This document shows positions 1-8,540 of a DNA stretch of 38,349 bases, piece after piece. A program made the translations under genes and the position numbers. The stretch is from a virus (Duplodnaviria; Caudoviricetes), in IMG/VR virus record IMGVR_UViG_3300032373_000048, positions 1 through 38,349 of that record; one strand, 5' to 3'. Positions within the stretch are counted from its first letter, which is position 1. Every line of letters begins with the position of its first letter. The notes below the pieces were generated by a model. That model saw nothing but the letters and a program-made list of their open reading frames with translations. It had not been told where the DNA came from and made no database searches.

Positions 1-1
1 C

Positions 2-109
2 CCCAATGTTCAAGACGACCTTGATTATCGCTTCAGCCTTGATCTTGTCTGCCTGCGGGACGCCCAGAACGGTGTTACAAACCCAGATTGCCCAACTGAA
101 GATCAGTGA
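2..109 (+). CDS. 3' end of Rz-like i-spanin (partial)
   Basis: Identical to the end of 35219-35629 (...PNVQDDLDYRFSLDLVCLRDAQNGVTNPDCPTEDQ). Confidence 0.8.
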   Translation, partial: PNVQDDLDYRFSLDLVCLRDAQNGVTNPDCPTEDQ

Positions 110-299
110 GGCTCTATTGATAGCCTGCCGCCGCCCTGAAGGGCTCGTCAGCGAGCGTGGGACTGAAGAAGCGATCCACAACTCGGACCAGTGGCGAACG
201 GCCTTTGATGTGTGTTCTGGCGAGCATGACGCCCTGATTGACGCGGTGCAAGCCGCACAGGATGGAGGCGAAGTCAATGGCTCAACCGATAACGATTAG
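6..299 (+). CDS. Rz1-like o-spanin lipoprotein (allele A)
   Basis: Signal peptide with lipobox LSAC, further Cys residues, overlaps the end of the i-spanin. Confidence 0.8.
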   Translation: MFKTTLIIASALILSACGTPRTVLQTQIAQLKISEALLIACRRPEGLVSERGTEEAIHNSDQWRTAFDVCSGEHDALIDAVQAAQDGGEVNGSTDND

Positions 300-522
300 T
301 CTTGACTGGAAATGGCTTGTCGGCTTGGCGGCGGGCTTTTCCACGATTGCAGGCGGGGCGACAACCGGCGTCCTGATGCTCGACCGGCATATTGAGCGGG
401 TCCATAACCGTATCGAATCGCGGCACACTTTGGAGGCGCTTTGTTCCAAGGGTGAAACCGGCGATGAAGAATTGGATGCGGCAAGAGCGCAGATGATTTC
501 CGCGCTTGGTGGGTGTCCTTAG
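277..522 (+). CDS. Single-TM lysis-region membrane protein (allele A)
   Basis: GGAGG RBS, MAQPITISLDWKWLVGLAAGF hydrophobic segment, two C-terminal Cys; conserved in the second copy. Confidence 0.7.
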   Translation: MAQPITISLDWKWLVGLAAGFSTIAGGATTGVLMLDRHIERVHNRIESRHTLEALCSKGETGDEELDAARAQMISALGGCP

Positions 523-1695
523 ATGGCTCCCGATCCGCGATTGCTGGATTTCTGCACCACGGAAAAACAGACCGAGAAGATTCAGGCGTGGATTGAGCAT
601 GGCAGTTTGCGCAAGGCGGCAACGGCTTTAGGTTTTAGCAATAAGAACGCGGTCGGCAATGTCGTCAACGCGGTGCGGGCAAAAGCCGCATTGCATGGAT
701 ATGCGCCTGATCACGATATGACGCGCCCTGCTGCACCTGGCTACACGGTCAAAGGCACGTCAACGCTATACGACAAAGACGGCCACATGGCCGCTCAGTG
801 GGTCAAAACGACCGCTGACCAGACCGCCAAGCAAGAGCGGTTTGAAGCGATGCTCGCAGAATTATGCGAAGGCGTCGAAGGCAGGTCTAACCCTGCACCC
901 CTCCCAAAATCACAATCATCTGACCTGATCAACGTTATACCTATGGGCGACCCCCATTGCGGTATGCTGGCATGGTCAAAAGAAACGGGCGAGTCGTTCG
1001 ATTTAGACGAATTTGAACGCCGGATGCGCGGGGCCGTGTCTCACCTAGTATCAAGCGCGCCTGAATGTGATGAAGCCCTGTTTATCAATTTGGGTGATTT
1101 CTTCCATTCGGACAATGAAAGCAACCGGACACCTGCCAGCGGAAACCCCCTCGACGTTGACGGGCGCTTTGCCAAGGTGGCGATGATAGCTTTCCGGTCG
1201 ATGGTTCATGCAATCGACTTGCTCAAGGCCAAGCACCGAAAGGTCACGGTCTGGAACAAACCGGGCAATCACGATCCGCACAGCTATCTGATGCTGGCAA
1301 TGAGCCTCAACGCCTATTACTCAAATGATGACCGCGTTGATGTGCCGGTTGACCCTTGCATGTTCTCTTACATGCGCTTTGGGAAATGCCTGTTTGCCTC
1401 GACACACGGCCACGGTCCAAAGATAAATGACTTACCCCTGATCATGGCGGCAGACCGTAAAGAGGATTGGGGCGCTACTGAACACCGTTTCTGGTTTATC
1501 GGTCACTTCCATCACAAGCAGAAAATACAAGACCTGACAGGCTGCACAGTGGAGATAGCGCGCACCTTAGCCAATGGCGATGCGTGGCATCATGGCAAGG
1601 GCTACCGCTCACAGTCTGACATGCAATGCGTCACGCTTCACCGGGAACATGGCGAGGTGTACCGTACAACGTGCAACGTCAGCATGATTGGCTAG
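523..1695 (+). CDS. Calcineurin-like metallophosphoesterase with N-terminal HTH (allele A)
   Basis: Motifs DPH, GDFFH, GNHD, HGH, GHFH; N-terminal GSLRKAATALG HTH-like segment. Confidence 0.85.
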   Translation: MAPDPRLLDFCTTEKQTEKIQAWIEHGSLRKAATALGFSNKNAVGNVVNAVRAKAALHGYAPDHDMTRPAAPGYTVKGTSTLYDKDGHMAAQWVKTTADQTAKQERFEAMLAELCEGVEGRSNPAPLPKSQSSDLINVIPMGDPHCGMLAWSKETGESFDLDEFERRMRGAVSHLVSSAPECDEALFINLGDFFHSDNESNRTPASGNPLDVDGRFAKVAMIAFRSMVHAIDLLKAKHRKVTVWNKPGNHDPHSYLMLAMSLNAYYSNDDRVDVPVDPCMFSYMRFGKCLFASTHGHGPKINDLPLIMAADRKEDWGATEHRFWFIGHFHHKQKIQDLTGCTVEIARTLANGDAWHHGKGYRSQSDMQCVTLHREHGEVYRTTCNVSMIG

Positions 1696-2095
1696 TCCGG
1701 GTTTTTATTGCGCGGCGCACGCGGTCAACACGCGCTGTCCTCTCGTGCCAGTATTCACCTGTATAGAGATTTGCGCCGCAATCGCGGCACTGGTCGCCAT
1801 AGGACGGCTGAAAAGATGTGTCTGGGTGCATCCCGCATGAAGGGCAGCACTCGGCATAGTGCCTTGTGCGTGCGGCGCGACCTCCTGTCGCCCAATCTTT
1901 AGCCGCCACAAATGCCAAGACCGGAACAATAACAGGCCAAACCATTGCGATGATTGGGAGCATAAGAAGTGCTGCCCCGTCCTTGGTCCCTATGCCGCCC
2001 GGTTTGAGGCAAACCCAGCCAAACATGGCAAAGGTGCAAGCGGCCCCAATCACATATATCGTTGCTAATATCATCACATCGTCTCCATTCATCAT
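1679..2095 (-). CDS. Hypothetical 2-TM membrane protein with C-terminal Zn ribbon
   Basis: Two hydrophobic helices; CPSC...CRDC. Confidence 0.65.
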   Translation of the reverse strand: MMNGDDVMILATIYVIGAACTFAMFGWVCLKPGGIGTKDGAALLMLPIIAMVWPVIVPVLAFVAAKDWATGGRAARTRHYAECCPSCGMHPDTSFQPSYGDQCRDCGANLYTGEYWHERTARVDRVRRAIKTRTSQSC

Positions 2096-2119
2096 GATTG
2101 AGTAGGGGCAAACGGAACG

Positions 2120-2338
2120 TCACTTCAGGGCGCGCTTGAATTGTTCTGCTGCCCCGTCATCGGGGAGTATGGCCTCAATCTTCCCGTCCACGGTTTCACC
2201 GGGGCTGCACTGTTCCTCCGCCTGTTCCCAATTCGAGGCGATGACATAACGGGAATAAATGCCGCCGTCTTTTGGGTAGCTGATTGAATACAGAAGGCCG
2301 TTGTAAATAGCCTCGGCGCTATCGAGTGGGTCGATCAT
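2120..2338 (-). CDS. Hypothetical phage protein (homolog of 37308-37553)
   Basis: Shares WEQAEEQC..GE.VDGK.EAILPDDGAAEQFKR with the second-copy allele; ATGA overlap with the upstream gene. Confidence 0.8.
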   Translation of the reverse strand: MIDPLDSAEAIYNGLLYSISYPKDGGIYSRYVIASNWEQAEEQCSPGETVDGKIEAILPDDGAAEQFKRALK

Positions 2339-2667
2339 GTTGCGTCCCATATGTCTAAAGTTTTGGCTGCGCTGGCGATATTATCCGCCCCTGCCTTTGC
2401 CCCGTCCTCTGAAGTGTAGCCGCGACCTGTCAGCATGATTTCGCCATTGCCCGCCTTGAGCGATAGGTAGGTTTTGCCGTTCGGGGCAGATTTATAAACA
2501 AACCGATCTGGATTGACCGCCTCGCGCCGGACAACCTCAATGCCGTGTATCGCGCTGGCCTTGGCTTTGTAGGTGTCAGACTTGCCGAGAGGCTTTCCAT
2601 TGCCCGCATACAGCGTGAAATAATATTCGCCGTTCTTGGCTTTGGTGAGCCTGAAATATGGGGTCAT
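2335..2667 (-). CDS. YegP family (tandem DUF1508) protein
   Basis: Two repeats of the type K.KNG.YYF.L.AGNG..L..S..Y.S...A..G. Confidence 0.85.
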   Translation of the reverse strand: MTPYFRLTKAKNGEYYFTLYAGNGKPLGKSDTYKAKASAIHGIEVVRREAVNPDRFVYKSAPNGKTYLSLKAGNGEIMLTGRGYTSEDGAKAGADNIASAAKTLDIWDAT

Positions 2668-3035
2668 GGCTTCACCTGTGATCTAATCCATTCCTCTAGT
2701 TTTTCTTCAGTAGATTGGTCATCCCTAACGACCCACAAATAGCCATCGGCCTCCGCCAGCTTAGCCAGCCGCTCGCGCTCTGCTGCCACCAGTTCGGCTT
2801 TCTCTTTCATCAAGGCGCAGCGTTGAGCGCATTGCGCTTCAGCTTCCTTTGCCAAGTCGTCTATCTCTGCTTCTGCTGCCTTCAGGGCGGGGAGGGCTTC
2901 GTTGGCGAGAACAATGATAAAATCAGCGTTCTGCTTCTCGCCCCAATATTCAGGGAACGCTTGCTGCCACATTCCAGCATCCCGTTTGCCGTCCAGTGCT
3001 TCAAGCCGTTCAATAAGGGGTTTAAGGTCAGTCAT
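2664..3035 (-). CDS. Hypothetical coiled-coil early protein (ead/Ea22-like)
   Basis: NADFII.LANE motif; C-terminus AAERERLAKL...WIRSQ shared with 38055-38277. Confidence 0.7.
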   Translation of the reverse strand: MTDLKPLIERLEALDGKRDAGMWQQAFPEYWGEKQNADFIIVLANEALPALKAAEAEIDDLAKEAEAQCAQRCALMKEKAELVAAERERLAKLAEADGYLWVVRDDQSTEEKLEEWIRSQVKP

Positions 3036-3265
3036 TTGTCACTCCACCCTTTATCAAAATTGCACATAGCTTCGTCGGGCGTGTCACCAAAGGCCGCAAA
3101 CCCTTCCTGCAAATTGTCGCCAAGCAGGGCGCACCATTGATCTCCGTCGAGAGACAAGCGCGGCTTGAATAATACGGATGGCCGCGTTAACTCGGCGCGT
3201 ATAATCGCAGCTTCCTCGCAAATTGTCGCCTGTATTGCGTGTGCCTCAAAACTAAAGTCAGTCAT
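3032..3265 (-). CDS. Conserved small phage protein
   Basis: RPSVLFKPRL..DGDQWCALLGDNLQEG.A.FG.TP..AM..FD motif (HicB-like fold possible); coupled overlaps. Confidence 0.7.
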   Translation of the reverse strand: MTDFSFEAHAIQATICEEAAIIRAELTRPSVLFKPRLSLDGDQWCALLGDNLQEGFAAFGDTPDEAMCNFDKGWSDK

Positions 3266-3501
3266 TGTTGTTCCTCGCTTTGCTCGGGGTGGTCGGTCAA
3301 CAAGACAAGCGTGTCCTCTAGTAGGCGCGCTAAAGCCAAGACCTCCCCAATATCGACCGTGATCACCTCATAGGTTAAACCGGCCCTGATCGGCGTGCGT
3401 TGCCCTAGCGAGACGCGCAAGTCTGTCGCCCTACGCAACAACAGGGCCGCAGGCGAAGCCGAGGACACGGACCCGGTTACGGGCTCATCTGATTTACTCA
3501 T
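3262..3501 (-). CDS. Hypothetical protein
   Basis: Tightly packed in the leftward operon with overlapping start/stop. Confidence 0.55.
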   Translation of the reverse strand: MSKSDEPVTGSVSSASPAALLLRRATDLRVSLGQRTPIRAGLTYEVITVDIGEVLALARLLEDTLVLLTDHPEQSEEQQ

Positions 3502-3673
3502 CTCTCTGCTCCTGTGGTGTGGAAATGGTTATTTCCGCTGCCTGAATGTAAGCGATGGGATCAATGGGCGGAGCGGTCCAGCCATTTGCTTTTAGCAAGG
3601 CAATCGTGGCCTGTTGCTGCTCGCAGGTCATGCTGTTATCCAGCACACGGCAACGCGTTATTAGATCAGCCAT
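3494..3673 (-). CDS. Hypothetical protein
   Basis: AGGTGA RBS, overlapping neighbours. Confidence 0.55.
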   Translation of the reverse strand: MADLITRCRVLDNSMTCEQQQATIALLKANGWTAPPIDPIAYIQAAEITISTPQEQRDE

Positions 3674-3845
3674 CACTTTTCACCTGCGGTGCAAAAGCCA
3701 ACACAACGCGACTTAGCCTGGTAGCCTCTGCTTTGGTCATGTCTTTTGGCAAAACCAAATAGGCGCTCATTGTATCACGAAGCGGAACCGGCATGACGAG
3801 GTAGCCGTTCGCCTCAAGAAAATCTTGTGTTTTCCAGTCAATCAT
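3666..3845 (-). CDS. Hypothetical 59-aa protein (absent from the ORF track)
   Basis: Translated by hand: MIDWKTQDFLEANGYLVMPVPLRDTMSAYLVLPKDMTKAEATRLSRVVLAFAPQVKSDG; fills the gap with an ATGA overlap. Confidence 0.7.
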   Translation of the reverse strand: MIDWKTQDFLEANGYLVMPVPLRDTMSAYLVLPKDMTKAEATRLSRVVLAFAPQVKSDG

Positions 3846-4831
3846 GTCTCACCTGTCGGCGCGTCGGCCTTCGCGTAATCCAAAGCCTCATCCAGACCAT
3901 TGATGATATTCTGTCCCGGTGTCTCTGTAGGGGCGGCGGAGAGCATGGCACTGTAGCCTTCCACTATGTCCCAAGCGAACAGGGCTGCGCGCTCTGTGTC
4001 GGTGTGCTTCGTCAGCGCAAAAGCGTTAGCCGCCAGTATCATCCCCGCTGTAAGGTTACGCGGAACCATCACCATGTCGTCATGTTTGCCGCTGTAACAT
4101 AGCTCGGAAGTATGTTCGGTTTTCGGCGTTTCGGTAACATGGGTAGGCTCACTTACGGCGCTATCTGATGCACAAGGCTCCAAGGCTTCACGGATTGCGG
4201 CTAGGCGGTCCTCCTGAGAAGAGATGCCTTTAGAACCGAGGGCGACATTGATTTCATCAAGCCATTGTTGGTATTGGTCTACCTGTTCTTCGCGCTCTGC
4301 CAGTCCTATACCAGTGTCCGGCTCCAAGGCTTCACGGATTGCCGCATCATAGTGGGCCTGTGCTGCGGTTTTGGCGGCTTCTAGGGTAGGGTGATATTCC
4401 GTCGCTCCGGTATGGAACGGCGTGAGCCAGAACGGGCGATCGTCTTTGCTCATGAGGTTTATCTCGTAAAAGAAGGCCGCGGTAGCGTGTACGGTGTAAC
4501 AATCGCCCGCCCCGTCCTGCACCCACTCCAACGCCTTAACCTTCACGGCTGGTTGGATAAGAGCAAGGATGGCGTCGGTGGCTTCGTTTAGGGCTTTTTC
4601 GCGAGTTCCAGCTAAAGGGGCATGGGGAGCATCCATTGCATCGCTGATGATGAATGCAACCCGATCCGCCAACCAACTGTCACGTAAAGATTCTCTATCA
4701 ACGGTCTGACGGTCCAGCATGTCGGCGTAGGCTCGAAGGGTGGCTGGTATTTCATCCTTGTGGTGTGGTAGGCTGTTCTCAATTTGATGCGCGACCATAC
4801 GCGCTTCTTCTGGTGTCATTGGTTCAGTCAT
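3842..4831 (-). CDS. Mosaic multi-module early protein
   Basis: Start MTEPMT after GGAG RBS; segments VKALEW..., TLEAAK.AAQAHY, MVMVPR.LT..M...Y.AML.AAP typical of phage early proteins; internal AAIREALEP duplication. Confidence 0.7.
   Translation of the reverse strand: MTEPMTPEEARMVAHQIENSLPHHKDEIPATLRAYADMLDRQTVDRESLRDSWLADRVAFIISDAMDAPHAPLAGTREKALNEATDAILALIQPAVKVKALEWVQDGAGDCYTVHATAAFFYEINLMSKDDRPFWLTPFHTGATEYHPTLEAAKTAAQAHYDAAIREALEPDTGIGLAEREEQVDQYQQWLDEINVALGSKGISSQEDRLAAIREALEPCASDSAVSEPTHVTETPKTEHTSELCYSGKHDDMVMVPRNLTAGMILAANAFALTKHTDTERAALFAWDIVEGYSAMLSAAPTETPGQNIINGLDEALDYAKADAPTGET
4176..4342. repeat. 23-bp exact direct repeat (4176-4198 and 4320-4342)
   Basis: ggctccaaggcttcacggattgc twice, 144 bp apart and in frame. 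Confidence 0.9.
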
Positions 4832-5015
4832 TGGGTTTACTCCTGCGAAGTGCGAGCCGTGAATTACGGAACCGCCGCTCAAGGTCGGAGTGTTGCTCAA
4901 GCAGATCACGCACAATGGCGATCAGGTCTGTGATGTTTTGCGAGTTTGTTTTCCCGCCCGCGTCAATGTGAGCCTCAATCTGGTCTATGTGCTGATGTGT
5001 TTCGTTCGGCGTCAT
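4824..5015 (-). CDS. Hypothetical protein
   Basis: GGAGG RBS before MTPNETHQ; overlaps neighbours. Confidence 0.6.
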   Translation of the reverse strand: MTPNETHQHIDQIEAHIDAGGKTNSQNITDLIAIVRDLLEQHSDLERRFRNSRLALRRSKPND

Positions 5016-5356
5016 GTCATCCTCCGTGACGCCCGTTCGTTGGCGTTCTCTGTCTGCCAAGCCCCTAAGATGGCCTCAGCTTTCACGCGCTGGTCGCGGT
5101 AGTATTCATGCCGTCCTGCGGCGCTGGCGTGCTTGTCAACGGCTTGCTGATAGTCTGGCTGGATGCGCGCCCAATCGTCCTTGTCAGCGTTTGACTTGGC
5201 GACGTTGCATTCACGCTTCAGGCGGGACAGACACGCCTTGCGCGCTTCATCTGCCCTGACTTCATCGGCCTTGGCCTTCCCGGCATATTGGGCGGTTTCA
5301 ACGGAGAGGGCAGCAAGCGCAGCCTCCACCATTTCATCTGTGACTAGCTTGTTCAT
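5012..5356 (-). CDS. Helical protein, possibly UvsY-like recombination mediator
   Basis: All-helical, ends W.TENANER; lies in the recombination cluster. Confidence 0.5.
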   Translation of the reverse strand: MNKLVTDEMVEAALAALSVETAQYAGKAKADEVRADEARKACLSRLKRECNVAKSNADKDDWARIQPDYQQAVDKHASAAGRHEYYRDQRVKAEAILGAWQTENANERASRRMT

Positions 5357-5359
5357 TGG

Positions 5360-6241
5360 CTAATCCGTCAACGCTTCAAGAACGCGCATGTAACGGGCGT
5401 CTATCTCGCCCCCGATTGCGTCAAGTTCAGTCTGTTTGCGGGCGGCTGCGATTTTCTCAATCCATACCGTCGCCAAGCCATCGGCTTCGCTGGCAGACTT
5501 CGCACGCGCATCCTTGAGCGCACCAAGAACAAGATCAGAAAACGCGCCGTTGAGAGGGTTGGGCAGGTTGGTTTGTTCAACCGGAGCGTCAAAGGCAGGA
5601 ATGGGCGCAACAGGCGCGGGGGTTTCTGCCTTGGCTTTTGGTGTAGCAGATTCTTTTGTGATGGGCCGAATCGCTGGCGTCCAATCTGCCGGAATATTCC
5701 CCGCCGCGCGCTGTTCGTAGAAGATGGAGACAACTTGTGTCTTTTTTGTCCTGACGCCCGCTGACGAAAGAGCCTTGGCGATGCTTTCTGTGGTTTTTCC
5801 TGCGAGAATTTGCTCCGTGATATATTTGCGGCGGGCTGTAAGGTAGTCACGCCCGCCCTTTTGCCAATGAATGCCAGTGACGCCGCCGTGGCGGTCCAGT
5901 TCGATACCCGCAGGCAGGATTGGAGCGCCTTCGCTAGTGGTGTAGATTTCCACAGGCGCGGGGCGAGGCTTCGCCTTCGATTGCGGCGCTGGCTTGCGAC
6001 CAATGCCGACCTCGTATAGCGCCCGCTTCAAACTGGTGACGGCGTTGCGGCCTGCGTTGCGGCTGTCGCTTGGGGTCATACTAAATGGAACTTTCACGGT
6101 CTTTCCTTTCGCGGTGACAATCAAGAAGGGGTGGCCCTTTGATCCGGGTCGCTCAACAGCAAACGAAAATCCATTTTCCCGGCAATACTTCGTCATTGCC
6201 TGTGCAGGTTCGCTTGCGCGTATGTAATCGCTGGCTTGCAT
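5360..6241 (-). CDS. Protein with HicA-like N-terminal domain, central HTH-like region and helical C-terminus
   Basis: AGGAGG RBS; SKGHPFLIV...VPFSMTPSDSRNA.RN....LKR resembles the HicA-like GH...TPSD.R family. Confidence 0.6.
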   Translation of the reverse strand: MQASDYIRASEPAQAMTKYCRENGFSFAVERPGSKGHPFLIVTAKGKTVKVPFSMTPSDSRNAGRNAVTSLKRALYEVGIGRKPAPQSKAKPRPAPVEIYTTSEGAPILPAGIELDRHGGVTGIHWQKGGRDYLTARRKYITEQILAGKTTESIAKALSSAGVRTKKTQVVSIFYEQRAAGNIPADWTPAIRPITKESATPKAKAETPAPVAPIPAFDAPVEQTNLPNPLNGAFSDLVLGALKDARAKSASEADGLATVWIEKIAAARKQTELDAIGGEIDARYMRVLEALTD

Positions 6242-6251
6242 GGTTTTCCTC

Positions 6252-6554
6252 CTAAAACGGAATCTCCGAATCCAGATCGTCATTGCTTGGCGTTGTCCCG
6301 CCTGGCACATCATCCAGCCGTGCGCGGGGTTGTTCGCCCTGATCCGGCTTCACCTTCAGACCCACATTGTAATATGGGTTTCCGTCTCGGTCGGTCTTGC
6401 GCTCGCCGCTGTCACGATCCGTGGCGATGTAAAGATTGACCCAACAGTCTGTACCGTCTGGCAGCTTGATTGATCCGCCGTAAGAGTGGGGGCGATCAGG
6501 GTCCGTATTCTTGAAAACGGTTCCCTTGCCGGGCTTGTGTTCGAATGTACTCAT
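6252..6554 (-). CDS. Small phage single-stranded DNA-binding protein
   Basis: Acidic tail DDLDSEIPF; directly downstream of the recombinase with ATGA overlap. Confidence 0.75.
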   Translation of the reverse strand: MSTFEHKPGKGTVFKNTDPDRPHSYGGSIKLPDGTDCWVNLYIATDRDSGERKTDRDGNPYYNVGLKVKPDQGEQPRARLDDVPGGTTPSNDDLDSEIPF

Positions 6555-7228
6555 GATGCTTGCTCCATTTGCGCGAGTTCTTCGCGGCGGGTTTCGTATT
6601 GGTCTTTGATTGCGTCGGTCCACGCCACCGGCAGGATGGGGAGCCAATCGGCCTCGATAACCTTCCAGCGTGAGCCCAAATCATCGCGTGTTGATGCGTC
6701 GGCAATCATCGCTTTAATGGTGTCGGCATCGCCGTCACGTTTAGCCTGCGCGCTTGATTTGCGGGCTGGCGGCGCATTGGGGTCGCTCACGGCGCGCTGC
6801 TCTTTGTCATAGAGCGCAAGGCCGAACGGGTTGCCGAAGGTCATCAGCGCCCGTTTCATGGCGTCCGTCTCTGCTTCCTTGATGGCGCTTTCGTGGGCTT
6901 GCCCTGCGTCAACGTCGATTCCGTGACCGGCTCCCGTTCCTTCACGAGTGATGCCGGAAACCGTGACACGAACGCGGGCGGTGTATGTCACCCCGAAACC
7001 GTCCCGCTGGTTAGGCGCGCGGCCTATCTTGCGTTCGCGCTCGGAGACACACCGCACGTCAAGCGTTTCGCGCTCCCATGCGTCAAAGCCGAATATTCTG
7101 TTGGCCTCTGCGATGGCGTGCCACCCCTCAATATATGAGAGATTGCGCCCGGCTTGCTGGCGGGTCTTGACGGTGTTTTTGTCAAGATCAGCGTTCAACA
7201 TGCCAATCTGTTCTGGACTGAATGTCAT
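6551..7228 (-). CDS. Rad52/Rad22 family (Sak-like) single-strand annealing protein
   Basis: LSYIEGWHAIAEANRIFGFDAW; GTGAG; HESAIKEAETDAMKRALMTFGNPFGLALYDK. Confidence 0.95.
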   Translation of the reverse strand: MTFSPEQIGMLNADLDKNTVKTRQQAGRNLSYIEGWHAIAEANRIFGFDAWERETLDVRCVSERERKIGRAPNQRDGFGVTYTARVRVTVSGITREGTGAGHGIDVDAGQAHESAIKEAETDAMKRALMTFGNPFGLALYDKEQRAVSDPNAPPARKSSAQAKRDGDADTIKAMIADASTRDDLGSRWKVIEADWLPILPVAWTDAIKDQYETRREELAQMEQAS

Positions 7229-7431
7229 TGCTGGCCCCTTTCATTGTCAAGAATTGCGGAAAGCTGGTCACGCGCCTTTTCGATAAGGTCACGCTCGACC
7301 ATTGCGATTTTGTGGTCGCGGATTTGTCGGCACATAAACTCAACGTCCATGCAGGTGCGGACAATTATGCCTTCGCCCGGCGTCGGGATTGCGCCCACAT
7401 CTTCCAAAACTGGAACTTGAATGTTGATCAT
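7225..7431 (-). CDS. Hypothetical protein
   Basis: Start MINIQ, coupled to neighbours. Confidence 0.55.
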   Translation of the reverse strand: MINIQVPVLEDVGAIPTPGEGIIVRTCMDVEFMCRQIRDHKIAMVERDLIEKARDQLSAILDNERGQQ

Positions 7432-7526
7432 GGCGTCACCGCAAAGATGAACCACACGCCACCCCAAACGATTGCAGTTAAAATGACCGCGCGGGTTAGC
7501 TGTTCGAGGAATGATTGATTGCGCAT
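7428..7526 (-). CDS. 32-aa single-TM peptide (absent from the ORF track)
   Basis: MRNQSFLEQLTRAVILTAIVWGGVWFIFAVTP; TAATG and ATGA overlaps at its two ends. Confidence 0.65.
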   Translation of the reverse strand: MRNQSFLEQLTRAVILTAIVWGGVWFIFAVTP

Positions 7527-7759
7527 TATGCAAACCCCTTTCTTTCGAGCCAACGGCGGCGCTGCCTTGTCATTTTAGATGCGTCAGGGGTGTTCGCCCA
7601 TATTTTCTTGTGCCTCGAAAGGCGTAGTTCGGCGCGGGCAACCCCGGCGCACTCGGCCTGGACCTCTCGCGGCCCATTCCAGCCGGGCTTTTTGTTTCTA
7701 AACATTTGACCTAGACCGCCCGTCGTGGCGGCGAACGATAAAAAAGACTTTGACATCAT
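7526..7759 (-). CDS. Small basic hypothetical protein
   Basis: Ends MTRQRRRWLERK, an Arg-rich motif common in phage early proteins. Confidence 0.6.
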   Translation of the reverse strand: MMSKSFLSFAATTGGLGQMFRNKKPGWNGPREVQAECAGVARAELRLSRHKKIWANTPDASKMTRQRRRWLERKGFA

Positions 7760-7941
7760 GCTATTCCTTTCGGGCCGGGATCATCCGGCATTTTGAGATT
7801 GTCAGAGCGAACGATTTTGAAGGCAGGGCGCTGGCGTGTTTCCGCCAAGCGGTTAGCCATAGCGGTCAGCATCCGGCCCGTTTCTTTGTGTTGTTCAACA
7901 ATGGCGTCAAACTCGCGTGATATGTCGTCAGGTCGGGTCAT
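7756..7941 (-). CDS. Hypothetical protein
   Basis: Start MTRPDD after a purine-rich RBS. Confidence 0.55.
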   Translation of the reverse strand: MTRPDDISREFDAIVEQHKETGRMLTAMANRLAETRQRPAFKIVRSDNLKMPDDPGPKGIA

Positions 7942-8152
7942 TTCTTCCCCCCTTTTTCCAGCGACAATGCGGGTCGATTGGCCTGCATGTCTGTTGGTCG
8001 GTGATTTCCAGCTCTCCGGCCCTGTGATGCGCAACAAGTTGGGCTGCGCTCATTTGGTCCTTGCAGTCAGCAAGGCGAGGATCAGGAAAGCCCGGCGCTT
8101 CGTCTTTGGTGAAGTCATCACGCGGCGGGGTGTATGTGTCTTGCATAGCCAT
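7928..8152 (-). CDS. Hypothetical protein
   Basis: GGAG RBS, TAATG overlap with the upstream gene. Confidence 0.55.
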   Translation of the reverse strand: MAMQDTYTPPRDDFTKDEAPGFPDPRLADCKDQMSAAQLVAHHRAGELEITDQQTCRPIDPHCRWKKGGRNDPT

Positions 8153-8427
8153 TAGGACTCTCCCTTTGCTTTAGCGATGGCGGCGACAACCTGCGGTTCT
8201 ATGTCGCCTGTCAGGCGAACCAGCGGACTTGAAAGAACCCGCTCCAAAACATCCAACAAGTCAGGAGCCGCAGCTATAAGACAAGCGTTGGCTTGGTCTA
8301 TTCGGTCGCCACCCGGCGTCCCATCGGTTTCGGAGGAAATCAAAACGCCCGGCTCTAGACACCATTCGCGCTTGTTCACTTTGTCGGACCATGACCAAGG
8401 CCCCGGTGTGTGTGTTGTGCCAGTCAT
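8152..8427 (-). CDS. Conserved lambdoid early protein (HTPGPW...NA.LIAAAPDLL family)
   Basis: Characteristic motifs HTPGPW, ANACLIAAAPDLL, AAIAKAKG. Confidence 0.8.
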   Translation of the reverse strand: MTGTTHTPGPWSWSDKVNKREWCLEPGVLISSETDGTPGGDRIDQANACLIAAAPDLLDVLERVLSSPLVRLTGDIEPQVVAAIAKAKGES

Positions 8428-8540
8428 TACGCTGCCCCCATCAAGCCAACGGCAATCATCATGGAACCGATGGTCAGGCTCGCGCCGATCACAATGCCGA
8501 TAAGCAAAATTGTGAGAGTGTCGGAGTTGTTCTGCGTCAT
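8427..8540 (-). CDS. 37-aa single-TM peptide (absent from the ORF track)
   Basis: MTQNNSDTLTILLIGIVIGASLTIGSMMIAVGLMGAA; coupled at both ends. Confidence 0.65.
   Translation of the reverse strand: MTQNNSDTLTILLIGIVIGASLTIGSMMIAVGLMGAA

Larger units (their letters stand above)
1..522 (+). repeat. Direct repeat copy 1 (partner 35521-36048)
   Basis: 1-127 is identical to 35521-35647; the copies then diverge but encode homologous o-spanin and TM proteins. Confidence 0.95.

Noticed and set aside
1-522. True terminal direct repeat of the virion DNA
   Set aside because: Copies diverge after 127 bp and lead into different genes; real terminal redundancy would be identical
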